The notes under the pieces were generated by a model, which saw only the letters and a list, made by a program, of their open reading frames with translations, made no database searches and was not told the DNA's origin. Below are positions 37,310 through 51,030 of a stretch of 64,000 nucleotides of DNA, piece after piece. This DNA is from Felis catus. Its lineage: Eukaryota. The stretch spans positions 224,566,001 to 224,630,000 of the forward strand of contig NC_058368.1 in the NCBI RefSeq assembly GCF_018350175.1, written 5' to 3'. Made by a program: the position numbers and the translations under genes. The first letter of the stretch is position 1; each line of letters starts with the position of its first letter.

Positions 37310-39250
37310 GAAAAACAATATTTGCTTCCAGATGATAAGCTAAACACATTCTGTAAGCTCTCCATTCCTGGAAAACCTATGACAATAAGCACTTATAAAA
37401 CACTTATATGTACCCCCTCGTGCGTATGTTCATGGAGAGCCAAAGTAGCAAATAAGAAGTGGAATTTGGCAGGAAAGGGAAATAACAGATTAGAATTGAC
37501 AGCTGAGTCCAGTCACTAAGGGCGAGCCTAGAAAGCATCTCCTCTAATCAATGCACAGAGGAGATAGATACGGAAACCAGAGAAGCCTCACGGTCATGCA
37601 ACAGGTGATTGGTAGCTTCCGCCCTCGATCCAGGAAGAAGAAGCAGTTAAAAGGATAGGACATTACTCCCAATGTGTGGTGAACCCTGAAAATAACAAAA
37701 GCATTCACATGCAGAAAAATGGCTACTGAGGTATTTCAGGTGGCCTGATCTCCCACTATGACATCTCATCTCAGGTGGGGATGTTAAAAATAATGGTGGC
37801 CCCCAAACATTCTCCCAAATATATGCACACAAGACATAGCAGAGATAACCTCACTACAGACATAAGGTATGGTCAAGAACCAAGAGAGATTTAGGCAAAG
37901 CCAAAGTGACAAGTGAGGACAAGAAACTCAACAAGCAGGAAAACCCTATCCTTGAAAATATCAAGAGAACCAACAAAAGAAGCAGTAAGTTAAGAACAAT
38001 TAATATCTTCAGAAAAATGAGTGAGGATGTTATGTTCAAGAAACAAGATAAGGCTGCCAACTAAAAATAATGTAAGTATTGTGTATCAATATTTACGTAT
38101 ACAAATGTGTTGCTGATATCTTTTGAAAGATTAATAGATGTTCTAAGTGGATACGAATAAAAAGAATTATCATCTGGAAGATCAAGCCATAATTTTCCCA
38201 GAATGCAATACAAATATGATAGAGAAGGAAGGGTAAAAAGGAAAGAATAAGGGTCAGATAAAGCTCACAAGTCCCGGCATCTGCCTCCTTACAGAATTAA
38301 AGAACAGAAATGGAAAGTGGTAGATATTAAAAATTAAAAAAAAAATAATCATAGGAGAGAATTCCAAAGAATGAATACCTGAGTATTCGGATCACAAGAG
38401 TGCATCAAGAGGCAAGCAAAATATAAAGATTAAAAACAACCAGCATGTTGGCAGATATCAGATCCTCAAGGATAAAGGATAAGGGAAGGAAAAAAAATCT
38501 AAGAGGTCCTAGGGTGAAAAAAAAATCCCCAGAGAGAAACAAGAACCAAACTGACATCCAACTTTTGACTGTAACACTGTATAAAGAAGACTACAACATA
38601 ATATATTCAAAGACTTGAAGACAAAATATATTTTTAAAGTATTATCCACAATCCTATACCTGGCCAGTTTTTACCAACTCCAGTCTAGAAAAAAAAGCAT
38701 CCAGGAAACTGGAAGAATCATGAAACTGTACATCTAACGCATAACATAATCTCCAACTACAAAATGCAGAAACTAACCACACTAGAATTAGAACCTGAGA
38801 AATTCATAATCATTGTAAATAGCTTTAAGTGCAACTCTAGGAAAAGAAAAGTCAAGTACAAAACTATAGACAATTTAACTGACACAGTTGAAAAGCATTA
38901 TATGTGTGTTAGTAGACACAAAGAAAATATTTGCAAAAATGTTCACGCAATTGATGAAAAAAGAAACTCTTAAGGTATTCTTCAAAATAATACGTGTAAG
39001 CCATGTTTACTAATCACAGTGCCATAAATTAGAAATCAAATGTGAAACTTAGAAAATAATCAAAAGGGTCAGATGCTTGGAAATTTCAACAACATACCCC
39101 CAAATTCTGCCTGACTCGAAAATTAAAAAGAAATGACAAGCGATCTAGAACAGAACAATATGATAACGCTACATTCATCAAAAATTCTGGACTAGAAAAA
39201 AATGATTTTCAGGAATATTTATAGTTTTAACTTTTGAAAAGATTTCAATT

Positions 39251-39477
39251 TATAATGGAACCAGAGGAAGGGCACCTGGGTGGCTCAGTCCGTTGGGCGT
39301 CGGACTTCGGCTCAGGTCATGATCTCAACAGTTTGTGGGTTCGAGCCCCGCCACGGGCTCTGTGCTGACAGCTCGGAGCCTGGAACCTGCTTCGGATTCT
39401 GTGTCTCCCCCTCTCTCTGCCCCTCCCATGCTCATGCTCTGTCTCTCAACAATAAATAAACGTTAAAAATTTTAAAA

Positions 39478-39521
<44 letters not shown>

Positions 39522-39902
39522 AAAATGGAACCAGAGGATGTGAAATGAATCTCACACAGGTGTCCTCCAGAGAACTGAACTTAAGAGCTGAGAGCCGGAT
39601 AAATGCCTCATTTAGAGAAGACAGATCCTTGTCTTCTGACCGATGAACATCCACCAAGAATCTCTCCTCATCCTCAAGCCTATGAACTTCCTGCTTGAAC
39701 TATGGAGGGACATTCCCCCTCTTTGCCTTCCTTGCCCGTAAATACAGGCCATCCCCAGACCTCGATGGACAGCCTGTAGCTTGCTACAGCATGCATTCCC
39801 CAAATTGTATTCCTCTACTATCCACCCCCCCCAAAAAAATAAAAGCCCTCAATTTCCAGTAGTTTGGACTTGCCTTGGTTTACCTCTTGATTTAGGTTGA
39901 TG
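39251..39902 (+). mobile_element. Solo ERV1 LTR (MER34-like) containing a SINE
   Basis: Degenerate TG/CA ends (tataatggaaccagag...tttaggttgatg), tgctacagcatgcattccccaaattgtattcct and AATAAA near the 3' end. Confidence 0.7.
39269..39523 (+). mobile_element. SINEC_Fc-type SINE with (TAAA)n tail, inserted in the LTR
   Basis: 15-bp TSD aatggaaccagagga at 39254-39268 and 39524-39538. Confidence 0.96.
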
Positions 39903-40227
39903 GATTTAAGAAAATAAAAAGGAAAACCAAAAAGGAGTGGTATATAGTGCAGCCAATTCGTATGTAAAAATATGTTAAGGATAATGGAAAACAAAACCAA
40001 TTCATCAATAAAATGAAAAGTTGGTCCCAGAGAGTTAATACATCAAATTGACGTTTCAAAAAGTCAAGAAAAATCAAGAGAAGTTAAAAATTAACATCTT
40101 AAATGAAAAAGAAAATATGACAAATTAAAAAATTAAGGAAAAACTCTAAGTATGCCAATATAGAAGTATGAAAATTGGGATGAAATGGCTCAAAACACAC
40201 AGACTTCTAAATTTGAAATTAACATGC

Positions 40228-40228
<1 letters not shown>

Positions 40229-40266
<38 letters not shown>
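40229..40266. repeat. (CA)n microsatellite
   Basis: Direct reading. Confidence 0.97.
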
Positions 40267-40269
<3 letters not shown>

Positions 40270-41733
40270 GGTAGTTAAATATTGATAAGACAACTACCTT
40301 TAAAAAAGTAGGAGTTTACACTATTTTTAAATTTTATTTTGAAATAACTAGAATTTTCAGGAAAATTGTAAAACTAGCACAGAAAGTTCCCATATGCCTT
40401 TGATCCAGCACCCTCTAATATTAACCTGTTCCATAACATAACTTCATTAAAACTGTGTAATTCCCATGAATGTAATATCACAAACTGAACTGAAGACTTA
40501 TCTGGCTTTTCACTACCTTTTCCACTTTTTCCCCTTTGGTTCCAGGATTCAGTACATTGCATTTACTTGTCGTATTTCCTTAGTCTCTTTCAGTTCATCA
40601 AAGTGCTCTGTCTTTCCTTGTTTTTCATGATCTTGACACTTTTGGAGAGGCCTAGTACATTATTTTGTAGAATGTCCCTCAGTTTGGGTTAATCTTATTT
40701 TTCTCATGCTTAGGTGGAGATTATACACTTTTGGCAAGAATACCATAGAAATGTTTGTCTTTCTCAGTGCATCGGAAGTACATGATGTTCATACTGCTTG
40801 TTTTAATCTTGATGACTTAAGGTGGTGTCTACTTGGTTTCTCTACTGGTAATTACTCTTCTTCCCTTTGTAATTAATACATATCCTGATTGTACTCACAG
40901 TCTTGCCTATCAAATTTAGCACTCCTTGGTAGAATTTTCCTGCAACAATGCCATGCTGTGTTAATGGTGATTTTCTGTTTTCTTCATTTTTTCCTACATG
41001 TATCCACTGAAGTTTTTCTGTAAGGGAGAAGTGTCCCTTCTTCCTCATTCAGTTGTTAAAATATATACTTTCATCAGTATGAACTTATAAATTCTTATTT
41101 TATTCTGTGAATTTCATCCAATATCATCATGATTTTGTGGCTTAAAGTATTCCAGCTTTGGCGACAGGGAGCCGCTGCAGGTTGACTCTTATGCCCTTTC
41201 AACATTCCCCTTGCCTTTTTTATTTTCTTATTCTAATGATGATGATGGACAAATATAATTGTACAGTCGACAAATTAAAGTGTGTGATGTGGTAATTTGA
41301 TATACATATATATTGTGAATGATTACCAAGATCAATCTAATTAACATGTCCAACACCTCACATGGTTAACTTTATTTGTTTATTTATTTATTTATTTATT
41401 TATTTGAGTAATTCCTTACTTTCCAGAGCTACATCTAATTCCATGCATTTACTCTGCACCAGCCCTGGAATCAACCACTTCTTCAAGGAATCCTGTTTGT
41501 TTGTTTGTTTGTTTGTTTGTTTGTTTGTTTTAATTTGGAGAATGATATTTAGATACAAAGTCTGGGCTCTAAGTATGCTCATTGCTAATACAGTGTCATT
41601 GAATATAGCCCTCAGCAGATAAAGGAAGAAAATATATGTGTCTATACCATTCAACACAGATACAGACATTACCTATCTATCTATCATCTATCTATTATCC
41701 ATGTAACTATCTATCTTTAAAAATCATAGCCTT

Positions 41734-41942
41734 GGGGCGCCTGGGTGGCGCAGTCGGTTAAGCGTCCGACTTCAGCCAGGTCACGATCTCGCGGTCCGTG
41801 AGTTCGAGCCCCGCATCCGGCTCTGGGCTGATGGCTCGGAGCCTGGAGCCTGTTTCTGATTCTGTGTCTCCCTCTCTCTCTGCCCCTCCCCCGTTCATGC
41901 TCTGTCTCTCTCTGTCCCAAAAATAAATAAAAACGCTGAAAA
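41734..41942 (+). mobile_element. Young SINEC_Fc
   Basis: Near-consensus; 15-bp TSD aaaaatcatagcctt at 41719-41733 and 41943-41957. Confidence 0.97.
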
Positions 41943-42934
41943 AAAAATCATAGCCTTACAATGATACCTCTGATTTAATTCCTACATGGGGTTATTTATA
42001 GCCTTTCCCTTTTTTTAATCCATATCTGCTCTAACAGTAAGAAATTTGACTCTCAATACATATAATATATGCACTTAGTTATTTGATCCTAGTATAAGTA
42101 AAAAGTATTTTCAGGATTCTGATACCCCTACTCCTTAGAAAAACAGATTTATTAACCCAAATATAGATTTTATGTACAGTGCAGTTTTTTTTAAGCCCTA
42201 GAGTATTTAATCAAATTCTGATTTCCAAAGTACTTAGGTTAATTATTTTCTTTGCTACCCTCAATGGTCATGTTTTCTGCTTTTTTTTTTTCAATATCAT
42301 ATATTTGCATTCCATCTTGCATTTCATATTCTGGTTGATTTTTTAAATTTGCATATAGTACAATTCATTCTTTGTGCATTCCATTTGTTTTAATATTCTC
42401 TTCCACTGCTTATATTTAATCAAGCCCCACTCCCATCCCTGGCAACCACTGATCTCTTCTCTGTTCCTACAGTTTCCCTTTTCCAAAAAATTATATAAAT
42501 TGAGTCAAACAATATGTAGCTCTTGGGCCTGCTTCTTTCACATAGCAAAATGAGTTTAAGATGAGTTCTTTGATGAATCAATAATTCCTTTCTTTTTATT
42601 GCTGACTCAGATTTCATTGTATAATTGTGCCTTATAAAGTTTGTCTTTCCATACACAAGAACAACATTGTGAATTTTATCCAGTTTTAACTGATTATGAA
42701 TAATGTAGCTATAAATATGTACATGTAATTTTTGTGTATAAACATAAATTTTCATTTCTTTTAAGTAAATACCAATGTGTGGGATTTCTAGGTCATAAGA
42801 AAATGTATGTTTAACTGTATGATGAATTACTATATTGTCTTCCTCAAAATGGCTATGCCATTTTGCATTCCCAGCATTAATATGAGAGAGCCCCAAGTGG
42901 CCTGTATCTTCACCATTGCTTCGTTATAGTCAGT

Positions 42935-43145
42935 ATTTTTTTTAAATGTTTATTTACTTTTAATACAGAGAGAGAGAGAGAGAGAGAGAGCACAAGTGGG
43001 GAAGAGGAAGAGAGAAAGAGGGAAACACAGAATTCAAAGCAGGCTCCAGGCTCTGAGCTGTCAGCACAGTTCGAACCCGTGAACCATGAGATCATGACCT
43101 AAGCTGAAGTCAGATGCTTAACTCACTGAACCACCCAGGCACCCT
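42935..43145 (-). mobile_element. SINEC_Fc-type SINE
   Basis: Typical body with small internal deletion; TSD tagtca(g/a)tat. Confidence 0.94.
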
Positions 43146-44135
43146 AGTCAATATCTATATATTTTTAATTAAACATTCTACTAAGAGTGTACTGGAATAT
43201 CACTGTAGCTTCCATTTATATTCACCTAATAACTACTGGTTTTGAGCATCTTTTATATGCCTTTTTACCATCGGTACACCTGCTATGTTGAAGTGTCTGT
43301 TTAAAGAGTTTGTTTATTTCAGGGTGGGGAGGTTGTTAATTTTCTTATTGTTGAGTTTTGGTGTTCTTTATTCTGGATATAAGTTCTCTATGAGAAAGGT
43401 GATTGGAAAATCTCAGCTACGGATTGTCTTTTCACTCTGCTGACAATGTCTTTCACATGGAAAAGATATACCAGGTTATAATCCACAAGTGTAGGTATAT
43501 ATCAGATCCACAATGACTTTATTTAAAACAAAAGTACATGAAGTTTAGAATATCTGGTCTACGTTTTAAAAGAAAAAAAAGACCCAGTGAAAGAACTTTT
43601 TTTTCCCAACTTGATGGAAAGGAGTTTTTTGGGATTTTTTTTTCAAAGCTTGATGAAAAGATACATATCAGATTGGAAATCTACGAGCTAGGAAGATATA
43701 ATCGATGGGGACCCAGCCATAAAGATCAGGTATGTGGTGAGTGAGGCTTATAAGCAGAGGAAGTAACATTTCATTTAATCATAGTGAACATATTGACCTC
43801 TTTGTATCAAAAGCTAATAGAAGTTAAAAAATACGCAACTTCACGGGGGAGGTGGGGGGGGAAGGATTTTAACATGGACAAAAAGCAAGTGACACTTGAG
43901 ATGATTTAGGTATATCCCCATTTTTGAAAATGATATAATGATGGCTTTCTGCCATCTCATAACATCTAGATGCACTACCACCAAGAGAAAACTGAGCTGT
44001 GCATTCACATTTCTCAAATTTTCAGAGAACTTAAAGGTGCCTTGGTACTCTGAGTAAAAATCAAAATAGCCTACGTTTCCACGTTTGTAAAAGAAGAGAA
44101 CATCCGGTATTTGGAAAAGCATTTTTTAAAAAACT

Positions 44136-44149
44136 CCAGTAGATGGCAT
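44136..44149 (+). promoter_or_regulatory. CTCF-like motif
   Basis: ccagtagatggcat matches CCASYAGRKGGCRS at 13 of 14 positions. Confidence 0.5.
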
Positions 44150-44724
44150 AAATACCCCTATTTTCAGGTGTTGCCTAGCATTCTTAATCATGAGAAGGAT
44201 TCTGTAGCTCTCCAGACAGAGGGAGGAGGTATGAGGAATGTTCTCAGATGCTGCTGAAAAAGCTATCGGTCTTGATTTAGAAATAGGCCTCAGCTTTTGT
44301 CAACAGAAGTGACTAAGGTGATGCGCTTGTCATTGGCGACTTCAGAGATTTTATAGGAGTGGAATTTAGAGTTACTGGTGTTCCTTATATATGTATGTAT
44401 CCTAAACAAAATTAGTTCTTTTTAAATACACATACTTAAATAGAATTGTGAATATGGCATACTCCCAACTAAATTCATGGAAATTAATTGCTGCAGGCTT
44501 ACAAATAACCCCACTACTTAAGTGGGCTAACTAATATGGGGAAAGAATCCTTGTTTGACCCAAAGAGATTGTCCAGATTCAGGATGGTTTCTTACATAAG
44601 ACATTATAAACCAGATCACGTAATTCTAGCTGGCGTCATCTACTGATGTTTTCCTTAGTCGTGTAGCTCCAATCACTTCACATCATCTGCATATTCTAAT
44701 TCTTTTTCAATTCTTCTCTACATG

Positions 44725-44946
44725 TTTTTTTTTAAGTTGACTTATTTATTTTGAGAGACGGCGCACACATGAATGGGGGAGGAGCAGAGAAAATGGGAGA
44801 GAAAGAATGCCCAGTAGGACTCTGCACTGTCAGTGTGGAGGTTGACGCAGGGCTTGATGCGGGACGCGAACTCACAAGCCATGAGATCACGACCTGAGCC
44901 AAACGGAGGGTCGGTCGCTTAACTGACTGAGCCACCCTGGGACCCC
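44725..44946 (-). mobile_element. Can-SINE
   Basis: ctctgcactgtcagtgtggag...gagatcacgacctgagcc...ctgagccaccctgggacccc. Confidence 0.93.
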
Positions 44947-44979
44947 AATACCGCTCTCCTTTTGGCTCTCTCTCATACC

Positions 44980-45430
44980 ATGCTGTCTATCTGCCCTAAG
45001 AACTGTTTATAGTCGCTAGATAAAAGGGTAATGACTGGCCCCACGAGGGACATCACTTCCCATGTATTCACAAAGATGCACATATACACTCAAACCATTA
45101 CATCGCTTCTGCATCAGGTAGGGTGGTTCACATCGCAAAGATTTGAGCGAGGAGAGGTTTATTTCTTCCGCAGCAAGAAATCCAGACACAGACTCTTCTA
45201 TGTTCCAATGCTTAACGATGTCATCAGAACTGGTGCTTTTTCTATCTGGCCCAGTGTTCCATCTAAGCTGTAAGCAGCCCGCCTCATGTTCACGGGGGGG
45301 ATGGAGCTTCTTCAGATGCGGCCTGATGACATGCTCAGAACATGCCTCCCTTTCCAGCGGTGGAGGAAATGTTCTGAAGAGGCCTCCAGGAGATGCCCCT
45401 TGACATCCCGTTGCCTAAGGCTGTGTATGG
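44980..45430 (-). mobile_element. ERVL-MaLR LTR relic (old MLT1-like)
   Basis: gtttatttcttccgcagcaagaaatccaga...cttaacgatgtcatcag. Confidence 0.5.
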
Positions 45431-45619
45431 TTTGGGAGAACGCATTGTCTTAAACTAGGTTAGATTTATCCACCGGTGGTGGGTCGGACCCCTGTGGCAC
45501 AGATCTCATGGTACCAAATGCAACCAGGGTCTGGAAAAAGAAAGACCAGGATGTTGGGCTGCCATCCAGAGATGATTATATTCCAGAGATATACACATTC
45601 CAGAGATATACACAGACAC

Positions 45620-45900
45620 ATTAATGAGGCCTCCCCTGACCACCCAACTGCGTTCCATTTCCATTTCACTTGCTCTTGCCACCATGTTCTTTTCCCCCAC
45701 CTTGACTTCTTTATTTCAAGAACATACTCGCTTCCAAAATTATTTTTATACTGTATCTCTATTCTCTCCCTTCCCCTGCCATAAAATGAGCCCCTGTAGA
45801 GCAGAAACACTGTCTGTCTGTTCATCACCATTTCCCCAGTGCCTGGAACCGTTGTCTCATGAGCCCCAGATGTAATTATTTAAGAAATAATGAATGGATG
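45620..45900 (+). mobile_element. L2 3' end
   Basis: gaggcctcccctgaccaccc...gttcatcaccatttccccagtgcctggaac...tgaatggatg. Confidence 0.75.
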
Positions 45901-47587
45901 TAAATATTAATAGAGGCATCCTGATCTTTATTGGATACTTTTTTTTAACAGTATAGAGGAGGTTAATTGGGAAGGATATTTTTCTCTGGGGACCTGGTGC
46001 TGGCATAGAATAAAGATCATTCTTAAACTTAACAAACACTAGAGGTTGAGGAAGATCTTGGGAGGTCATGGTTGGCTATAGAAAATAATATTCTTTAGGA
46101 AGAGAGGGTTGGCTGGACCACAGCTGAAGAAATAGGAAGATTGGACCCTCCATAAACCTGGACCTTGTAGGAGTTTGTTTTTATTAGAAAAAAACCACGT
46201 TTCTTGTGTAGCTGTCTCTGGCTTTGTCACTGACTAGTATACTACATTCAGCAACTTACAAGGTTTTTGTAAACTTTAGTAGTATTTCCACACGATGGCT
46301 GCAGGATTTTCAGGATATAGTAGAAAAACATGAGAATTGAGGTCAAAGATCTGGGTTGAAATGTTGACTCCAGTGACTTTTCTGCTTTAACCTTCTTAAT
46401 CTTTTACCTTGACTTCTTTGAACTCTGGCTTCTTTAAGTGCAAAGTAGATATGAAGAATGCAAATGCCACAATGGGTTCTGTTGCAGCCAAGTGTAAATG
46501 TTTGATGATGTGGCTCCAACATTCCCACATTTTAAAAGTGGATAATTAATTCATGAAACACACATACGCTCATGCACACACACACGACCCAGTAGAGTGT
46601 TTAGAAACCATGCCATCTAGGTAAATTTTTCTAAAACTAGGTAAATTGCCACCACTCTATTCCTTACTAGTACTTTTTATTTCTCCTATTATATTACTTA
46701 TGACACTCTCTATTTATCTCTGTAAGATATTGAAAGCCACGGAAAGTCAAGGGTATTGTCATTCTTGCACGTTCTCTCTCTCGTTCTGTCACTCTCTATT
46801 TTTTCTCCTCCTTCTGGTCCCAAGCCATGGCAATACGTACTCAACAACTGTGTGCTGAAAGAACGAATAAACAAAATATTTGCCATGCGAGAAAGAAAAT
46901 TTCTGAAAATCACTGTCTTAGGATTCTATCCTACATGAAAATCATACAAGTTCCACAAAAGGGGATAAATCTATTGACAAATGCAAGAGTCTCAAGGAAA
47001 GGGATACAACACTCATTGAGGAACAATGGCTTTCTGCAAAAATGAATACAGAAGGTCAGCAATAAATGCCAACTGTCAATGGCAAGAGTGGATTACTTGG
47101 ACATTTTGCTCTCAAAAGTTGTGCTATTTGCTGAAAGAGGCTGGAACTGCTACCAGGTAGGTACTAACTATTGGTAATTACTGACACTCTTAGAAAATGA
47201 GTAGAGACGAACAGAAGAGGGGCAGCAATGGCTGTAAGCTGGTTTTCTAAGGACAGCTCTCTCAAGAATCCACTCTGCCCAGTTTTCAAAAGGATCTGTT
47301 GAGTAGGTACAGATCGAGGTAATATTTCACCTTGGTAGTTCAGCAGGAAGCCCATGGGTACTAGTTTTTCTCTGGATTGAAGAAGGATACACAGTGAGCA
47401 AATTTTCTTGTCTGTAATGATATTTGTTGTATTTTTTTTTCTGAACTAGCCAGGAATTTTTAACAACCCTGGGATGAGCAGGTTTCGTGGTCACCCCTTT
47501 ATCCTCTGTGAATTGGAAAGTAAAAATGTTTCTACACCCTTTTAACAAGGTAATCCGTAAAGAGCTCCTTAACAGTTAAATAATAGT

Positions 47588-47780
47588 GGGCCCTGGGTGG
47601 CTCAGCCGGTTAAGCATCATACTTCAGCTCAGATCATGATCTCGCAGTCTGTGAGGTCAAGCCCCGCATGGGATTCTTTCTCTCTCCCGCTCTTTCTCTG
47701 CCACTTCCTGACTCATGTTTTCTCTCTCTCTCAAAATAAAAAAAAAATAAATAAAACTTTAAAAATAATAATAAAAAAAA
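47588..47780 (+). mobile_element. Can-SINE
   Basis: cctgggtggctcagccggttaagc head; TSD aatagtg. Confidence 0.93.
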
Positions 47781-48485
47781 GAATAGTGAGCCTCGAATCA
47801 ACACTAGACCTGGAATCACCTCCGATTTCCACTAATCTTCTGGGTTACTTTGGCAAGTCCTATCACCTTCCTATCCTTCAGTTTCTTCAGAATGAACATG
47901 ATCAGATGGTTTCTAGGTTTCCTTTCAGTTTTAAAGTTCTTAATTAAGAGAAAGGAGGAAGGAAAAAAGAATCCTTCAGAGGCGCAGGTAGTCTAACTCA
48001 GTTTAACAATGGTGTCGTTTATAAGAAGGAAACGGAATAGAAATAACGTCAAAAGAGCAGAATCTGTGTACATTTGAAACCATACAAATCACACAAAAAT
48101 CTTTGCCAAGACAGTGAGTTTTATATTGGGGTCCGACTCTCGGTTAAGCAAACAGTCTAAAAAGAATAAGGTAATTGGAGGAGGACATCTTGTTAAAAAC
48201 AAAACAAAACAAAGCAAAAACAAATGGCAGATAAACAGAAGAAGCAAAGGCAGGCTCAAAGAAGCAAAGGTGGGCAGCTCATGGCATGCATGAAGAGGGA
48301 CTGAGAAGTTTGCAGGTGAAAAGGGCGACATCTTTGTCTTTTCTGTGAATCACGGGTTTGACCAATGATGATTCATTCGCATAAATGAAGAGGCACTTCT
48401 TTCAAAATCTTGCTTGAATGTTTCATTACATTTAACAACTATTTTGTCCAGATACCTCCAATGTTCCGTGAAAAGCTGCAACTTT

Positions 48486-48696
48486 AAAGAAAAAAAAAAT
48501 GTTTATTTATTTTGAGAGAGAGGCGAGGCATGAGCAGTGGAGGAGCAGAGAGAGAGAGGGAGAGAGAGAGAATCCCAGGCAGGCTCCCTGCTGCCAGCTC
48601 AGAGCCTGACTTGGGGCTTGATGGCACGAACCATGAGATCATGACTTGAGCTGAAATCGAGTCCGATGCTCAACTAACTGAGTCACTCAGGCTCCC
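48486..48696 (-). mobile_element. Can-SINE
   Basis: Perfect 17-bp TSD tgaaaagctgcaacttt at 48469-48485 and 48697-48713. Confidence 0.96.
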
Positions 48697-49499
48697 TGAA
48701 AAGCTGCAACTTTGGGAAAATGGTTCGTTTGCCCCCTCCCTGCTCCTATGCTTTTGAGAGCAGGGTTTAATGATACCTGCTGAAGAGCATGGACACAAGA
48801 CTCTGCTGACTTGACATGAGTAATAGGAAAACTTTCTGTAGCACATGTGACAGACACATCATGAGGATATTGAGATGATACTGGTCAATTAGTATATATG
48901 TTTGATTCCCCTGGACAAATACGGGAGTAGGGAGAGTATATATTTATTTTTAGGGTGATTCTCATAAACCAGAAGACTAGATGTACAGGCAGAATACTTC
49001 TTTTTTCCTGATGAAAAATGAAAGGGAATATAGGGAACACATGGATAATGTTTGTAGGTTTCATGAAACAAGATTGGATATTCTAGACCATGGTCTACGA
49101 CATCAGAGAGATAATCTCCCAACAAGGCACAGAGTGCTTCCCATAAAGATCAGGGTATAAGTGTTTAAAAGCAGATTTGTTGAACTGAGCAAAAGGGCTT
49201 ACACCCGAGGTATGGGGGCTGAAGGGAAATGTACAATGTTACAGTGAAAAGTCAGATACTATGACCTTGGAATAGAAGGCTTAGGTCTGAACTGGCCCAG
49301 TATCCCTACTACCCATTTCTATGGGTTAAAGCAAATCACAGGCCTGGCTCAGACCCAGTTCACATTTGTAGATGAGGAAAGGAAGGGTTTTGGAAATGTT
49401 AACATTGTACTACAGGTTGTACTGATGGAAATGCTGTAGCACAAATTCATGTGGTTTCATATCTTGTTTCATCTCAGCATGCTGCCTGTGTTAAGTTCA

Positions 49500-49810
49500 T
49501 CAAAACATTCAATAAGAAATGTTATGATATTATTGGAAATAAGATGGCAATGCAAATTGGACAATTATAGTTAGATGTAGGCAATTTATAAGTATCATAA
49601 CTCAGAGATTTAAAAAACTAGCCCTGTTGTATTCAACATTTTTATCAATAGCTTTAATGTTTCATTAATTATATTATGACATTAAGATTCCTCATAAAAT
49701 GAAGCAAAATTTTCAAATGTAATTTATCCTTAAGAAGATAAGCTATCGATGAACTTTTTACACTTTTGGAAAAAGAGGAAAACTGAAAGATTTAAATTAA
49801 ACAGTAACAA
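49500..49810 (+). mobile_element. Possible L3/CR1 relic
   Basis: gccctgttgtattcaacatttttatcaatagctt resembles the CR1 RT LFNIFIN motif. Confidence 0.45.
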
Positions 49811-50836
49811 AATTCATATGTTTTAATATATTTCTTGCGAATACAATGTATGGTGACCAAATACACCGTAGGCCAAAGTCCTTCATTTATTTCTATATAA
49901 TTTCTATCCTTTTCATTTCTATAAATCTGACTGTTTGAAAACACAAACACCAGGGTTATGTAATTTGTAATTGCTTATTTGAGGGATTTTTTTTTCAGAT
50001 AGAAGAGTGGATTTCCCCTCAAGTTTGTATTTTCCCAAAGTATGTGTCTTATACGCACTGAGTTTTTGAGAAATTCAAACAGTGGCCTCCGATTCATCTC
50101 CTTCGGTTTCCAATCGTACATTTTCTTGTATCGTGATCAGGTATTCACTAGTTTTACAAGTAGGATACATCACAGTTTGGTCTCTTTGACCAAGGAATAG
50201 ACACGAGCATACTCAGAATGAGTCGACAGAACGTGGTTAAGGCAGTATTGTGGGCACAAATGTAGCAATAGACAGAGAGAGAGAAGCTTATCCTCATTGA
50301 CCAAGGAGCATCAGAGAACATCCAGACGGAGAGTGGACAAGACCTGGCTGGCTATCAGGTAGTCTGCACAGCATCTGTTCCAGCTCTGGCCCAACACAGG
50401 CAGCAAAAGGCCCTGGGGGAGACCAGATAACCCATCCCCAACTCTCCGGACACCTAAAACCCATCTGGGAAAGACTGACTCTTGGAAGACATTATAGGAG
50501 CACTTTCAATCTGAAGCATGAGTCATTTTTACATTGGAGAATTTATATCTACTTTGATTATCGCTCTCTCTCATTCTTTGTTTTCTCTTTCTGGAGTAAA
50601 TATTGCAGTTTCTGAATACACGCCTCGGTTTCCTCATACTCCCCCTCTTATATGTGTTTTATTTGGGGGGAGGGTTGTTTGTTTTATTCACTTTTTAAAA
50701 TTTAGTTCTAGGCAAATGAACTTCATCATCATGATAATTAATCCTTCTGCCAGATCTGTTCAGGTATTAAATATTTCAATTTAGTGGCTATGGTAGTTCT
50801 TATGATTAATGTGTACAATTGTCTCTTCTTAGCAAC

Positions 50837-51030
50837 TTTTTTCTTTTTTTTCTTTTAAGTTTATTTCCTTTGAGAGGGGAGGGGCAGAGAGACAGGGAGA
50901 AAGAGAATCCCAACCAGGCTCCCAGCTGTCAGTGCAGAATCCCACCCAGAGCTCGATCTCACAAACCGTGAGATGTTGGCCTGAGCCGAGATCAAGAGTC
51001 AGATGTTTGACTGAGACACCCAGACACCCC
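50837..51030 (-). mobile_element. Can-SINE
   Basis: Typical body; TSD gcaacttt. Confidence 0.93.

Larger units (their letters stand above)
37780..40310 (+). mobile_element. Old L1M relic (ORF1 and 5' ORF2 region), interrupted by an LTR and a SINE
   Basis: aatatattcaaagacttgaag...atcctatacctggccag (ORF1 end), aatcacagtgccataaattagaaatcaa (endonuclease region), atcaataaaatgaaaagttggt resumes after 39903. Confidence 0.7.
40322..43460 (-). mobile_element. Old L1 (L1MC/MD/ME class) 3' UTR plus ORF2 C-terminal relic with nested inserts
   Basis: ORF 42420-42896 contains decayed ORF2 C-terminus (SYDLEIPHIGIYLKEMK...SAIKRKELL); 3' UTR motifs at 40322-41200; younger L1 end at about 41215-41400. Confidence 0.85.

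Noticed and set aside
42420..42896. 158-aa minus ORF
   Set aside because: Decayed L1 ORF2 C-terminus running into the 3' UTR
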